Source of the DNA: Flectonema sp. DT1601
Taxonomy: Eukaryota
Reading direction: 5' to 3'
DNA length: 64,000 nucleotides
NCBI GenBank assembly: GCA_964019425.1
Contig: OZ025783.1
Span: forward strand, 434,001-498,000
A program made the position numbers and the translations under genes. Positions 33,234 through 44,179 of the stretch are shown in pieces. The first letter of the stretch is position 1; each line of letters starts with the position of its first letter. The notes beneath the pieces are model-generated. The model did no database searches. It was not told the DNA's origin and saw nothing but the letters and a program-made list of their open reading frames with translations.

Positions 33234-36200
33234 ACTTTGTGGAGCTTGCAGTTTTTTAAAACTTTGTGGAGCTGGCGATTTTTGAACTTTGTGGAGAGGG
33301 CAGTTTTTTGAACTTTGTGTGTGAAACGGGCTGTTTTTTGAAACTTCGTGGAGAGGGCAATTTTTTAAAACTTTGTGGAGTTGGCAGTTACTGAAACTTT
33401 GTGGAGAGGGTAGTTTTTTGAACTTTGTGTGGAGCGGGAAGTTTTTTGAAACTTTGTGGAGCTGGCAGTTTCTTGAAACTTTGTGGAGCGGGCAGTTTTT
33501 GAAACTTTGTGGAGAGGGCAGTTTCTTAAAACTTTGTGGAGAGGGCTGTTTTTTAAACTTTGTGGAGAGGGCAGTTTTTTGAACTTTGTGTGGAGCAGGA
33601 AGTTTTTTGAAACTTTGTGGAGCCGGCAGTTTTTGAAACTTTGTGGAGAGGGCAGTTTTTTGAACTTTGTGTGGAGCGGGAAGTTTTTTGAAACTTTGTG
33701 GAGAGGGCAGTTTTTTGAACTTTGTGTAGAGCGGGCAGTTTTTTGAAACTTTGTGGAGCGGGAAGTTTTTTCAAACTTTGTGGAACTGGCAGTTTTTGAA
33801 ACTTTGTGGAGAGGGCAGTTTTTTGAACTTTGTGTGGAGCTGGAAGTTTTTTGAAACTTTGTGGAGAGGGCAGTTTTTTGAACTTTGTGTTGAGCGGGAA
33901 GTTTTTTGAAACTTTGTGGAGCGGGCAGTTTTTTGAAACTTTGTGGAGCGGGCAGTTTTTAAAACTTTGTGGAGACGGCAGTTTTTTAAAACTTTGTGGA
34001 GAGGCCTGTTTTTTGAACTTTGTGGAGCGGGAAGTTTTTTGAAACTTTGTGGAGCGGGCAGTTTTTGAAACTTTGTGGAGAGGACAGTTTTTTAAAACTT
34101 TACGTGTGGAGCGGGTAGCTTTTTAAAACTTTGTGGAGAGGGCAGTTTTTTGAAACTTTGTGGAGAGGGCAGTTTTTTAAAACTTTGTGGAGCTGGCAGT
34201 TTTTGAAACTTTGTGGAGAGGGCAGTTTTTTAAAACTTTGTGGAGCTGGCAGTTTTTGAAACTTTGTGGAGCGGGCAGTTTTTGAAACTTGGTGGAGAGG
34301 ACAGTTTTTTAAAACTTTACGTGTGGAGCGGGTAGCTTTTTAAAACTTTGTGGAGAGGGCAGTTTTTTGAAACTTTGTGGAGAGGGCAGTTTTTTAAAAC
34401 TTTGTGGAGCTGGCAGTTTTTTGAAACTTTGTGGAGAGGGCAGTTTTTTAAAACTTTGTGGAGCTGGCAGTTTTTGAAACTTTGTGGAGAGGGCAGTTTT
34501 TTAAAACTTTGTGGAGCTGGCAGTTTTTGAAACTTTGTGGAGCGGGCAGTTTTTGAAACTTTGTGGAGAGGGCAGTTTTTTAAAACTTTATGTGTGGAGC
34601 AGACCTTATTTGAAACTTTGTGGAGCGGGCAGTTTTTTGAAACTTTGTGGAGCGGGCAGTTTTTGAAACTTTGTGGAGCGGGAAGTTTTTTGAAACTTTG
34701 TGGAGAGGGTAGTTTTTTGAACTTTGTGGAGCTGGCAGTTTTTGAAACTTTGTGGAGCTGGCAGTTTTTTGAAACTTTGTGGAGAGGGCAGTTTTTTAAA
34801 ACTTTGTGGAGCTGGCAGTTTTTGAAACTTTGTGGAGAGTGCAGTTTTTTAAAACTTTGTGGAGCTGGCAGTTTTTGAAACTTTGTGGAGCGGGCAGTTT
34901 TTGAAACTTTGTGGAGACGGCAGTTTTTTAAAACTTTGTGGAGAGGGCTGTTTTTTGAACTTTGTGTGTGGAGCGGGAAGTATTTTGAAACTTTGTGGAG
35001 CGGGCAGTTTTTGAAACTTTGTGGAGAGGGTAGCTTTTTAAAACTTTGTGGAGCTGGCAGTTTTTTGAAACTTTGTGGAGAGGGCAGTTTTTTGAAACTT
35101 TGTGGAGCGGGCAGTTTTTGAAACTTTGTGGAGAGGGCAGTTTTTTAAAACTTTATGTGTGGAGCAGACCTTATTTGAAACTTTGTGGAGAGGGCAGTTT
35201 TTTGAAACTTTGTGGAGAGGGCAGTTTTTGAAACTTTGTGGAGAGGGCAGTTTTTTAAAACTTTGTGGAGCTGGCAGTTTTTGAAACTTTGTGGAGCGGG
35301 CAGTTTTTGAAACTTTGTGGAGAGGGCAGTTTTTTAAAACTTTATGTGTGGAGCAGACCTTATTTGAAACTTTGTGGAGCTGGCAGTTTTTTGAACTTTG
35401 TGTGTGGAGCGGGAAGTTTTTTGAAACTTTGTGGAGCGGGCAGTTTTTTGAAACTTTGTGGAGCGGGCAGTTTTTTGAAACTTTGTGGAGAGGGTAGTTT
35501 TTTGAACTTTGTGTGGAGCGGGAAGTTTTTTGAAACTTTGTGGAGAGGGTAGTTTTTTGAACTTTGTGGAGCTGGCAGTTTTTGAAACTTTGTGGAGCTG
35601 GCAGTTTTTTGAAACTTTGTGGAGAGGGCAGTTTTTTAAAACTTTGTGGAGCTGGCAGTTTTTGAAACTTTGTGGAGAGGGCAGTTTTTTAAAACTTTGT
35701 GGAGCTGGCAGTTTTTGAAACTTTGTGGAGCGGGCAGTTTTTGAAACTTTGTGGAGACGGCAGTTTTTTAAAACTTTGTGGAGAGGGCTGTTTTTTGAAC
35801 TTTGTGTGTGGAGCGGGAAGTATTTTGAAACTTTGTGGAGCGGGCAGTTTTTGAAACTTTGTGGAGAGGGTAGCTTTTTAAAACTTTGTGGAGCTGGCAG
35901 TTTTTTGAAACTTTGTGGAGAGGGGGGCAGTTTTTGAAACTTTGTGGAGAGGGCAGTTTTTTAAAACTTTATGTGTGGAGCAGACCTTATTTGAAACTTT
36001 GTGGAGAGGGCAGTTTTTGAAACTTTGTGGAGAGGGCAGTTTTTTAAAACTTTGTGGAGCTGGCAGTTTTTGAAACTTTGTGGAGAGGGCAGTTTTTTAA
36101 AACTTTGTGGAGCTGGCAGTTTTTGAAACTTTGTGGAGAGGGCTGTTTTTTAAAACTTTGTGGAGCTGGCAGTTTTTGAAACTTTGTGGAGCGGGCAGTT

Positions 36201-37746
36201 TTTGAAACTTTGTGGAGAGGGCAGTTTTTTAAAACTTTATGTGTGGAGCAGACCTTATTTGAAACTTTGTGGAGCTGGCAGTTTTTTGAACTTTGTGTGT
36301 GGAGCGGGAAGTTTTTTGAAACTTTGTGGAGCGGGCAGTTTTTTGAAACTTTGTGGAGAGGGTAGTTTTTTGAACTTTGTGTGGAGCGGGAAGTTTTTTG
36401 AAACTTTGTGGAGAGGGTAGTTTTTTGAACTTTGTGGAGCTGGCAGTTTTTGAAACTTTGTGGAGCTGGCAGTTTTTGAAACTTTGTGGAGAGGGCAGTT
36501 TTTTAAAACTTTGTGGAGCTGGCAGTTTTTGAAACTTTGTGGAGCGGGCAGTTTTTGAAACTTTGTGGAGACGGCAGTTTTTTAAAACTTTGTGGAGAGG
36601 GCTGTTTTTTGAACTTTGTGTGTGGAGCGGGAAGTATTTTGAAACTTTGTGGAGCGGGCAGTTTTTGAAACTTTGTGGAGAGGGTAGCTTTTTAAAACTT
36701 TGTGGAGCTGGCAGTTTTTTGAAACTTTGTGGAGAGGGCAGTTTTTTGAAACTTTGTGGAGCGGGCAGTTTTTGAAACTTTGTGGAGAGGGCAGTTTTTT
36801 AAAACTTTATGTGTGGAGCAGACCTTATTTGAAACTTTGTGGAGAGGGCAGTTTTTGAAACTTTGTGGAGAGGGTAGTTTTTTGAACTTTGTGTTGAGCG
36901 GGAAGTTTTTTGAAACTTTGTGGAGAGGGCAGTTTCTTAAAACTTTGTGGAGAGGGCTGTTTTTTCAAACTTTGTGGAGAGGGCTGTTTTTTGAACTTTG
37001 TGTGTGGAGCGGGAAGTTTTTGAAACTTTGTGGAGCGGGCAGTTTTTGAAACTTTGTGGAGAGGGTAGTTTTTTGAACTTTGTGTTGAGCGGGAAGTTTT
37101 TTGAAACTTTGTGGAGAGGGCAGTTTCTTAAAACTTTGTGGAGAGGGCTGTTTTTTCAAACTTTGTGGAGAGGGCTGTTTTTTGAACTTTGTGTGTGGAG
37201 CGGGAAGTTTTTTGAAACTTTGTGGAGCGGGCAGTTTTTGAAACTTTGTGGAGAGGGTAGTTTTTTGAACTTTGTTGAGCGGGAAGTTTTTTGAAATTTT
37301 GTGGAGCGGGCAGTTTTTTGAAACTTTGTGGAGAAGGCAGTTTTGAAACTTTGTGGAGAGGGCAGTTTTTTAAAACTTTGTGGAGAGGGCTGTTTTTTCA
37401 AACTTTGTGGAGAGGGCTGTTTTTTGAAACTTTGTGGAGCTGGCAGCCTTTTGAAACTTTGTGGAGAGGGCAGTTTCCTAAAACTTTGTGGAGCTGGCAG
37501 TTTTTGAAACTTTGTGGAGCGGGCAGTTTTTGAAACTTTGTGGAGAGGGTAGCTTTTTAAAACTTTGTGGAGCTGGCAGTTTTTTGAAACTTTGTGGAGA
37601 GGGCAGTTTTTTAAAACTTTGTGGAGCTGGCAGTTTTTTGAAACTTTGTGGAGAGGGCAGTTTTTTGAAACTTTGTGGAGCGGGCAGTTTTTGAAACTTT
37701 GTGGAGAGGGCAGTTTTTTGAAACTTTGTGGAGCGGGCAGTTTTTT
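33234..37746 (+). repeat. ~4.5-kb satellite array, 26-30-bp monomer GAAACTTTGTGGAG(AG/CG/CT)GGCAGTTTTT(T)
   Basis: Uninterrupted tandem monomers are directly visible. All ORFs here (FLKLCGEGS/FETLWRGQF repeats) are translations of the repeat. Confidence 0.98.
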
Positions 37747-38610
37747 GTCGATTACTTTCTATTTTCCGTCCTGGTCAAGACGCTAAACTGATTGTTTTTT
37801 TTTCAAAATTAATAAAAAAGAATATAAAAAAATACAAAAAAAAGAATAAACAATGTTATCATTGTTTTTTTTTATCGTTCGACTTTGTCGACTAATTTCT
37901 ATTTTCCGTTTTTTTTTCTTTAAAAAATAAATAAAAAGAATTTAAAATAAAAAAAAAAAAGAATAAACAATGTTATCATTGTTTTTTTTATCGATCGACT
38001 ATGTCGATTACTTTCTATTTTCCGTCCTGGTCAAGACGCTAAACTGATTGTTTTTTTTTCAAAATTAATAAAAAAGAATATAAAAAAAATAAAAAAAAAA
38101 AGAATAAACAATGTTATCATTGTTTTTTTTTATCGTTCGACTTTGTTGACTAATTTCTATTTTCCATTTTTTTTCTTTTAAAAATAAATAAAAAGAATTA
38201 AAATAAAAAAAAAAAAAAGAATAAACAATGTTATCATTGTTTTTTTTATCGATCGACTATGTCGATTACTTTCTATTTTCCGTCCTGGTCAGGACGCTAA
38301 ACTGATTGTTTTTTTTTTTTTCTTTAAAAATAAATAAAAAGAATAAAAAAAAAAAAAAAAGGAATAAACAATGTTATCATTGTTTTTTTTTTATCGATCG
38401 ACTATGTCGATTACTTACTATTTTCCGTCCTGGTCAAGACGCTAAACTGATTGTTTTTTCTTTAAAATAATTAAAAAGATTTAAAAAAAAAAAAAAAAAA
38501 AAAAAATGAATAAACAATGTTATCATTGTTTTTTTTTCTATCAATCAACTATGTCGATTAATTTCTATTTTCCGTCCTGATCGAGACGCTAAACTGATTG
38601 TTTCCTTTTT
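37746..38610. repeat. partial array of the ~250-bp A/B dimer repeat
   Basis: Repeated ATCGACTATGTCGAT...GTCCTGGTCAAGACGCTAAACTGATTG and GAATAAACAATGTTATCATTGTTT separated by poly-A/poly-T tracts. Confidence 0.95.
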
Positions 38611-38774
38611 TTAAATAATAAATAAGAAAAAAAAAAAAAAAAAAAAAAAAGAGCATCTCCCTGCTATCCCTCATATCCCCACAATAATATTATACCTTTT
38701 CATTTTCTCTTTCCTTTTCTGGTCTTTTTTTTTTCTTTTTTTTCCTTTTTCATACAACGTTTTTTATTTATATA

Positions 38775-40548
38775 CCGTAATTATAAATATCATGGTGTAT
38801 AAAAAGTCTCCAAATCAGCAAAAAATGGCCAAATCCACCATCTTTATTATATCCAAAGTTTTTTTAGTACAATCATTCACAGAAAACACTTAGCAAAATT
38901 CGGATTCCAGAAAAAAAAAAATTTTTTTTTTGACCTTTTTCTTTTGACTTTGGTACTAAATTATCGACATTTTGAACTGGTTAAAGTTCTACAGGCTGGT
39001 CTTGTGTACCAACCTGGTGGGGGATTGATAACTAATGTTGAAGTTGCTTCCAGATACATATCAGGACAACATATCCACAAATAACGTTGTTGGTAGCTGG
39101 TTGCACACCAGTCTTAATGAATGATGTCAAAATTCCTAAAAGCAGCAAGTAGTAGTCTAGACGAGGCCAACTACAACTAAGGAGTTCTTCTCCAATCGTT
39201 GTAATACACCGAGGTATGAGGTGCGGTATTAAGAAACATGAACTCATATTCACAACTACAGACTTCAGGAGCTCGGGTGGATTTGCAGGATTGACAATAC
39301 CTACTTTTATAAAACCAGCCATGATAGTATTTTTCGTAATACTATCAAGGGCTGTCACTAAAATTCATCCACCCAATTTGCGACTTCGTTTTTGTGAGCT
39401 CCTTCATCCATTTTGACATGGGTTCGGATTCAGGAGCTCCCTTTGGACCCTTCCCTTTCCCCTTCCCTTTCGCAGCGCGCTTTAAAGTTTCTATCAGCTT
39501 TTTGCTTTGATTTTTTCAACTTTTCCTCCCGCTTGCGCATCTGCTCTGTCATCCACTCACCAAGAAAGCTTGATGCTTCTTTGAAGTTGGCCATGACAGT
39601 TAGATCCAGCGGCCGGAGATGAGAAGTCCATCCGCCTTGCACCAGCATAACAGTGATATTGGCTTCTTCAAATCGACAAAGGACTTCTTCAGTTATCTGC
39701 CCCCTAAACTGGGCATATACTGCGAGGCCAGGGTGATCCGATTGGAGTGTTTTTTAGTTAGTTTAGATCCGATTGGAGCGTTTCTTAATAAAGTATGGGA
39801 TTATTGCTCCAGAAACCTTGACCGAGCTGATAGGAGTTCTGCTTCAGGCGCTACTTTCGCAGTGGTTCCAAGACGGTATCCAACCCTTCCGTTCCAGGAA
39901 CTTGTAGGTCCATGTTGCTTGTAGGGAACCGGAATCCACGCGTTCCGGCGTATCACCTGTGCTTGAAACCAGAGAAGAGAAGCAAACACAGAGCCACCAT
40001 AGGCACGGATATTCTCAATTAAATCGAGCACCCGCTTCCTCATCAGCGGTTAAGATGGTTGGTCTCCCAGATTTCACCTGCCCTTCTAGTGGTTCTCCCT
40101 TTGTCTTCCTCTTTTGTTCTTCAACCAAGAGCTTCATTGCCCTGCCTGCACTGTTTTCTTATGGTCCGTGTTGAAGTATGCAATCGCCCTTGACACATTG
40201 GTGGCAGAGTTCACCATCTCACCAACGTTAAGCAACTCCCCCCTTGACCACTTCTCATAGCAGCGAGACGTTTGTGCTCTTTTACCCGCTCCTCTTTCTT
40301 TATCAAACCCAGCTCCACCTTGCTTACCGACGTCTTCAGGGGTTCAAAAGGATCCCGTTTTTTCAAAAAATTCCGCATAGTGTGAAAAATTTCATCCCCA
40401 AAAACTACTATTTTACAGTCAAAATGTGTACTTTCATACTTTTTTATAAAAATCCACCAAGTTTTTTTTCCGAGAATCCACCATCTTTTTTATATCCAAA
40501 GTTGTTATACTCCAAATTTTTTATACACCGTGATATTTATAATTACAG
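38775..40548 (-). mobile_element. pogo/Tigger-like (Tc1/mariner superfamily) DNA transposon, decayed, copy 1
   Basis: ~29-bp TIRs CCGTAATTATAAATATCATGGTGTATAAAAA and (rc) CTGTAATTATAAATATCACGGTGTATAAAAA, each flanked by TA. Transposase pieces VQGGWTSHLRPLDLTVMANFK (DDE_1-type T..LQPLD....FK), ITKNTIMAGFIKVGI and RLGTTAK are broken into short ORFs. Confidence 0.88.
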
Positions 40549-40609
40549 TATATATATATATATTTTTTTTTTTTTTTCATGTTTGATTATTTCCTCTTCA
40601 TCTTTTTTT

Positions 40610-40643
<34 letters not shown>

Positions 40644-40832
40644 TCTGCCTCTCTCTTAATTCTGTTCGTTTCTTTGAAACGAAAATTCATTTGAATATTA
40701 TTCCTTGGTCAGCAACCATCATTGTCGCCCTTTGGGCCTGTTAAAAAAAATAAAAATAAAAAGAAAGTTTACATCGGGAATAGGGCAGGAGCCAAAAGCT
40801 CCCAGTCCGTTACTTCCCACTTTATCGAAATT

Positions 40833-42390
40833 CTTGTGGAGCAGACCTTATTTGAAACTTTGTGGAGAGGGCAGTTTTTTAAAACTTTGTGGAGCTGGCA
40901 GTTTTTTGAACTTTGTGTGTGGAGCGGGAAGTTTTTTGAAACTTTGTGGAGCGGGCAGTTTTTGAAACTTTGTGGAGAGGGCAGTTTCTTAAAACTTTGT
41001 GGAGAGGGCTGTTTTTTCAAACTTTGTGGAGAGGGCTGTTTTTTGAACTTTGTGTGTGGAGCGGGAAGTTTTTTGAAACTTTGTGGAGAGGGTAGTTTTT
41101 TGAACTTTGTTGAGCGGGAAGTTTTTTGAAATTTTGTGGAGCGGGCAGTTTTTTGAAACTTTGTGGAGAAGGCAGTTTTGAAACTTTGTGGAGAGGGCAG
41201 TTTTTTAAAACTTTGTGGAGAGGGCTGTTTTTTCAAACTTGTGGAGAGGGCTGTTTTTTGAAACTTTGTGGAGCTGGCAGCTTTTTGAAACTTTGTGGAG
41301 AGGGCAGTTTCTTAAAACTTTGTGGAGCTGGCAGTTTTTTGAACTTTGTGTGTGAAGCGGGAAGTTTTTTGAAACTTTGTGGAGAGGGCAGTTTCCTAAA
41401 ACTTTGTGGAGCTGGCAGTTTTTTGAACTTTGTGTGTGAAGCGGGAAGTTTTTTGAAACTTTGTGGAGAGGGCAGTTTCTTAAAACTTTGTGGAGAGGGC
41501 TGTTTTTTGAACTTTGTGTGTGAAGCGGGAAGTTTTTTGAAACTTTGTGGATAGGGCAGTTTTTTAAAACTTTGTGGAGCTGGCAGCTTTTTGAAACTTT
41601 GTGGAGAGGGCAGTTTCTTAAAACTTTGTGGAGAGGGCAGTTTTTTAAAACTTTGTGGAGCTGGCAGTTTTTTGAACTTTGTGGAGAGGGCAGTTTTTTA
41701 AAACTTTGTGGAGCTGGCAGCTTTTTGAAACTTTGTGGAGAAGGCAGTTTTTGAAACTTTGTGGAGAGGGCAGTTTCCTAAAACTTTGTAGAGCTGGCAG
41801 TTTTTTGAACTTTGTGTGTGGAGCGGTAAGTTTTTTGAAACTTTGTGCAGTTTTTGAAACTTTGTGGACCGGGCAGTTTTTTGAAACTTTGTGGAGAGGG
41901 CAGTTTCCTAAAACTTTGTGGAGCTGGCAGTTTTTTGAACTTTGTGTTGAGCGGGAAGTTTTTTGAAACTTTGTGGAGCGGGCAGTTTTTTGAAAATTTG
42001 TGGAGCGGGCAGTTTTTGAAACTTTGTGGAGAGGGCTGTTTTTTGAACTTTGTGTGTGAAGCGGGAAGTTTTTTGAAACTTTGTGGAGCGGGCAGTTTTT
42101 TGAAAATTTGTGGAGCGGGCAGTTTTTGAAACTTTGTGGAGAGGGCTGTTTTTTGAACTTTGTGTGGAGCGGGAAGTTTTTTGAAACTTTGTGGAGAGGG
42201 TAGTTTTTTGAACTTTGTGTTGAGCGGGAAGTTTTTTGAAACTTTGTGGAGCGGGCAGTTTTTTGAAACTTTGTGGAGAGGGCTGTTTTTTGAACTTTGT
42301 GTGTGAAGCGGGAAGTTTTTTGAAACTTTGTGGAGCGGGCAGTTTTTGAAACTTTGTGGAGAGGGCAGTTTTTTGAAACTTTGTGGAGAG
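40833..42390 (+). repeat. 27-bp satellite block within macro-repeat copy 1
   Basis: Same monomer as 33234-37746. Confidence 0.97.
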
Positions 42391-43864
42391 TATCGATCGA
42401 CTATGTCGATTAGGTGAATAAGAAATTTGGGAGAGGAATAGGGGCAGTGAACTTTTGATTCAGGCCCTTCCCATCGAACAGGACGAAAACTTCTAAAACC
42501 TGAGATGAACCAATTGAGTTGAAACAAACAAATAACAGAGACGCAACACATACCGGAACATCATCGCAAGCAATGCTTCGGACCTCCGTCGACCTTCGTT
42601 CTTCCGGCGGCAAAGGGAAACAAGAAAGAACGGGCAATGAGACAAACCTGTTAGTTGGTGTTGTGTTGTTGTTGAAAACAAAACATAAACGCCAGGAAGT
42701 TCGACAACGAAGACATCGACATCGATCGCTGCTCTGCAGATGTCCGGCGGGTGTTTGTCTACACTGTGTTTATTGTTTGTTTTTTTCCCAAGGTTCAACC
42801 TTGGGAAGAGAAGTAAAAAATTCCGTCAATGTTGGCCTTCCTGTTCGAAGGTGCGCACCAATGACGATAAATAGAGTGGGGGGGAGAAAACCTTTGATCC
42901 AACTGGATCCCTTCACGAGCTGACATTGCCATGTGAAGTTAAATATTCTGGCGATGCCAGCTCAGGCGACTTAGCCTGCTTTTTTCTTTAAATAAAAAAA
43001 ATAAAAAGATACCAACAGGTGGGGTGATGGGTTGCGCCACTGCAATCCAGTCACAAAAAGAAACAAAGGTAATCTCAAGGGTTCTCGACCCTTGGCTCTC
43101 CCTGCGCAAGCATCGCATGGAGGGTGGCTAAGCACCCGGGGGGTACGAAACAAACTTTCCCCCTGCTGTCCTGTTTGAAATAAAAAAAAAAAAAAAAAGA
43201 AAACAAAGGGATAGAAGTAAACAGAATACATTACACCTCAACAGGTGACGCTAAACACCCAGGGGATACAAACCAAACTTTCCCCCTGTTGCCCTGTTTG
43301 AAATAAATTAAAAAAAGAACAAGAAAACAGAATACAATACTCAGCAATCAGACTCGTTCACTCGCTTCGCCAGAGCCGTTCGAGCCGATGCTCATGTAAA
43401 GTTACCTGTTTTCTTTTAACAAATTAAATAAAATAAAATAAAAATAAAGTATACAAACCAAACTTTCCCTGGAATACAATACCTAACAATCAGTGCGTTC
43501 ACTGGCCTTAGGGCTGTTCGGACTTATGCTTTGGACTGTTCCCTTGCAGAAAAAAAAAAGTAAAATAAACCAACTTTGGGACATTAGAAAAGCATAAAAT
43601 AAAAGTTGCTACAACCAAAAGACAACTGCAAAAAATAAGGTTTTTGTAGGGGAGCTACAATGTAGCAATAATGTCACACAGTCATGGTCTAAACCCCAAT
43701 CCAAGTTCCCAAGGCTTGGCATAGATTTGAGTGACGCCTTACTGGCCTCCTCATCCTCTATGAGTGGTGAGGGGGCCAGCAATGGTTTTTTTTTTTTTTC
43801 TCTTATTTCTTTTTTTCTTTTTCTTTTACTCTAATATGAAATATTTTTGAACAAAATGTGATTA

Positions 43865-43896
<32 letters not shown>

Positions 43897-44179
43897 TGTA
43901 AATGAATAATAAAAAAAAAAAAAAAAAAAACATGCCTTGGGAATACAACCAAAGCCCCAATTAATCGGTCCTTTCTTTTTTCCTTCTTGTCAAGTGATCG
44001 CTCCACTCGTCGATCACCAAAACCGATTGTATTTATATCTGTTCTTTTCTCAACGATCGGCTATACCGATCATTTTTTTTAAAAATAATTGTTTTCTTCT
44101 TCTCGACGATCAGATCCAATTGATCGACCTTTTCTTTTTTTTTCCTTTATTCCTTCCATCCCTCCCGCTCCCCTTATTT

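Noticed and set aside
33373..37786. Dozens of ORFs with FLKLCGEGS / FETLWRGQF / KKLPSPQSF repeats (also 40705-42551 and 51516-53567)
   Set aside because: They are translations of the 27-bp satellite in all frames, and monomer length varies without preserving frame.
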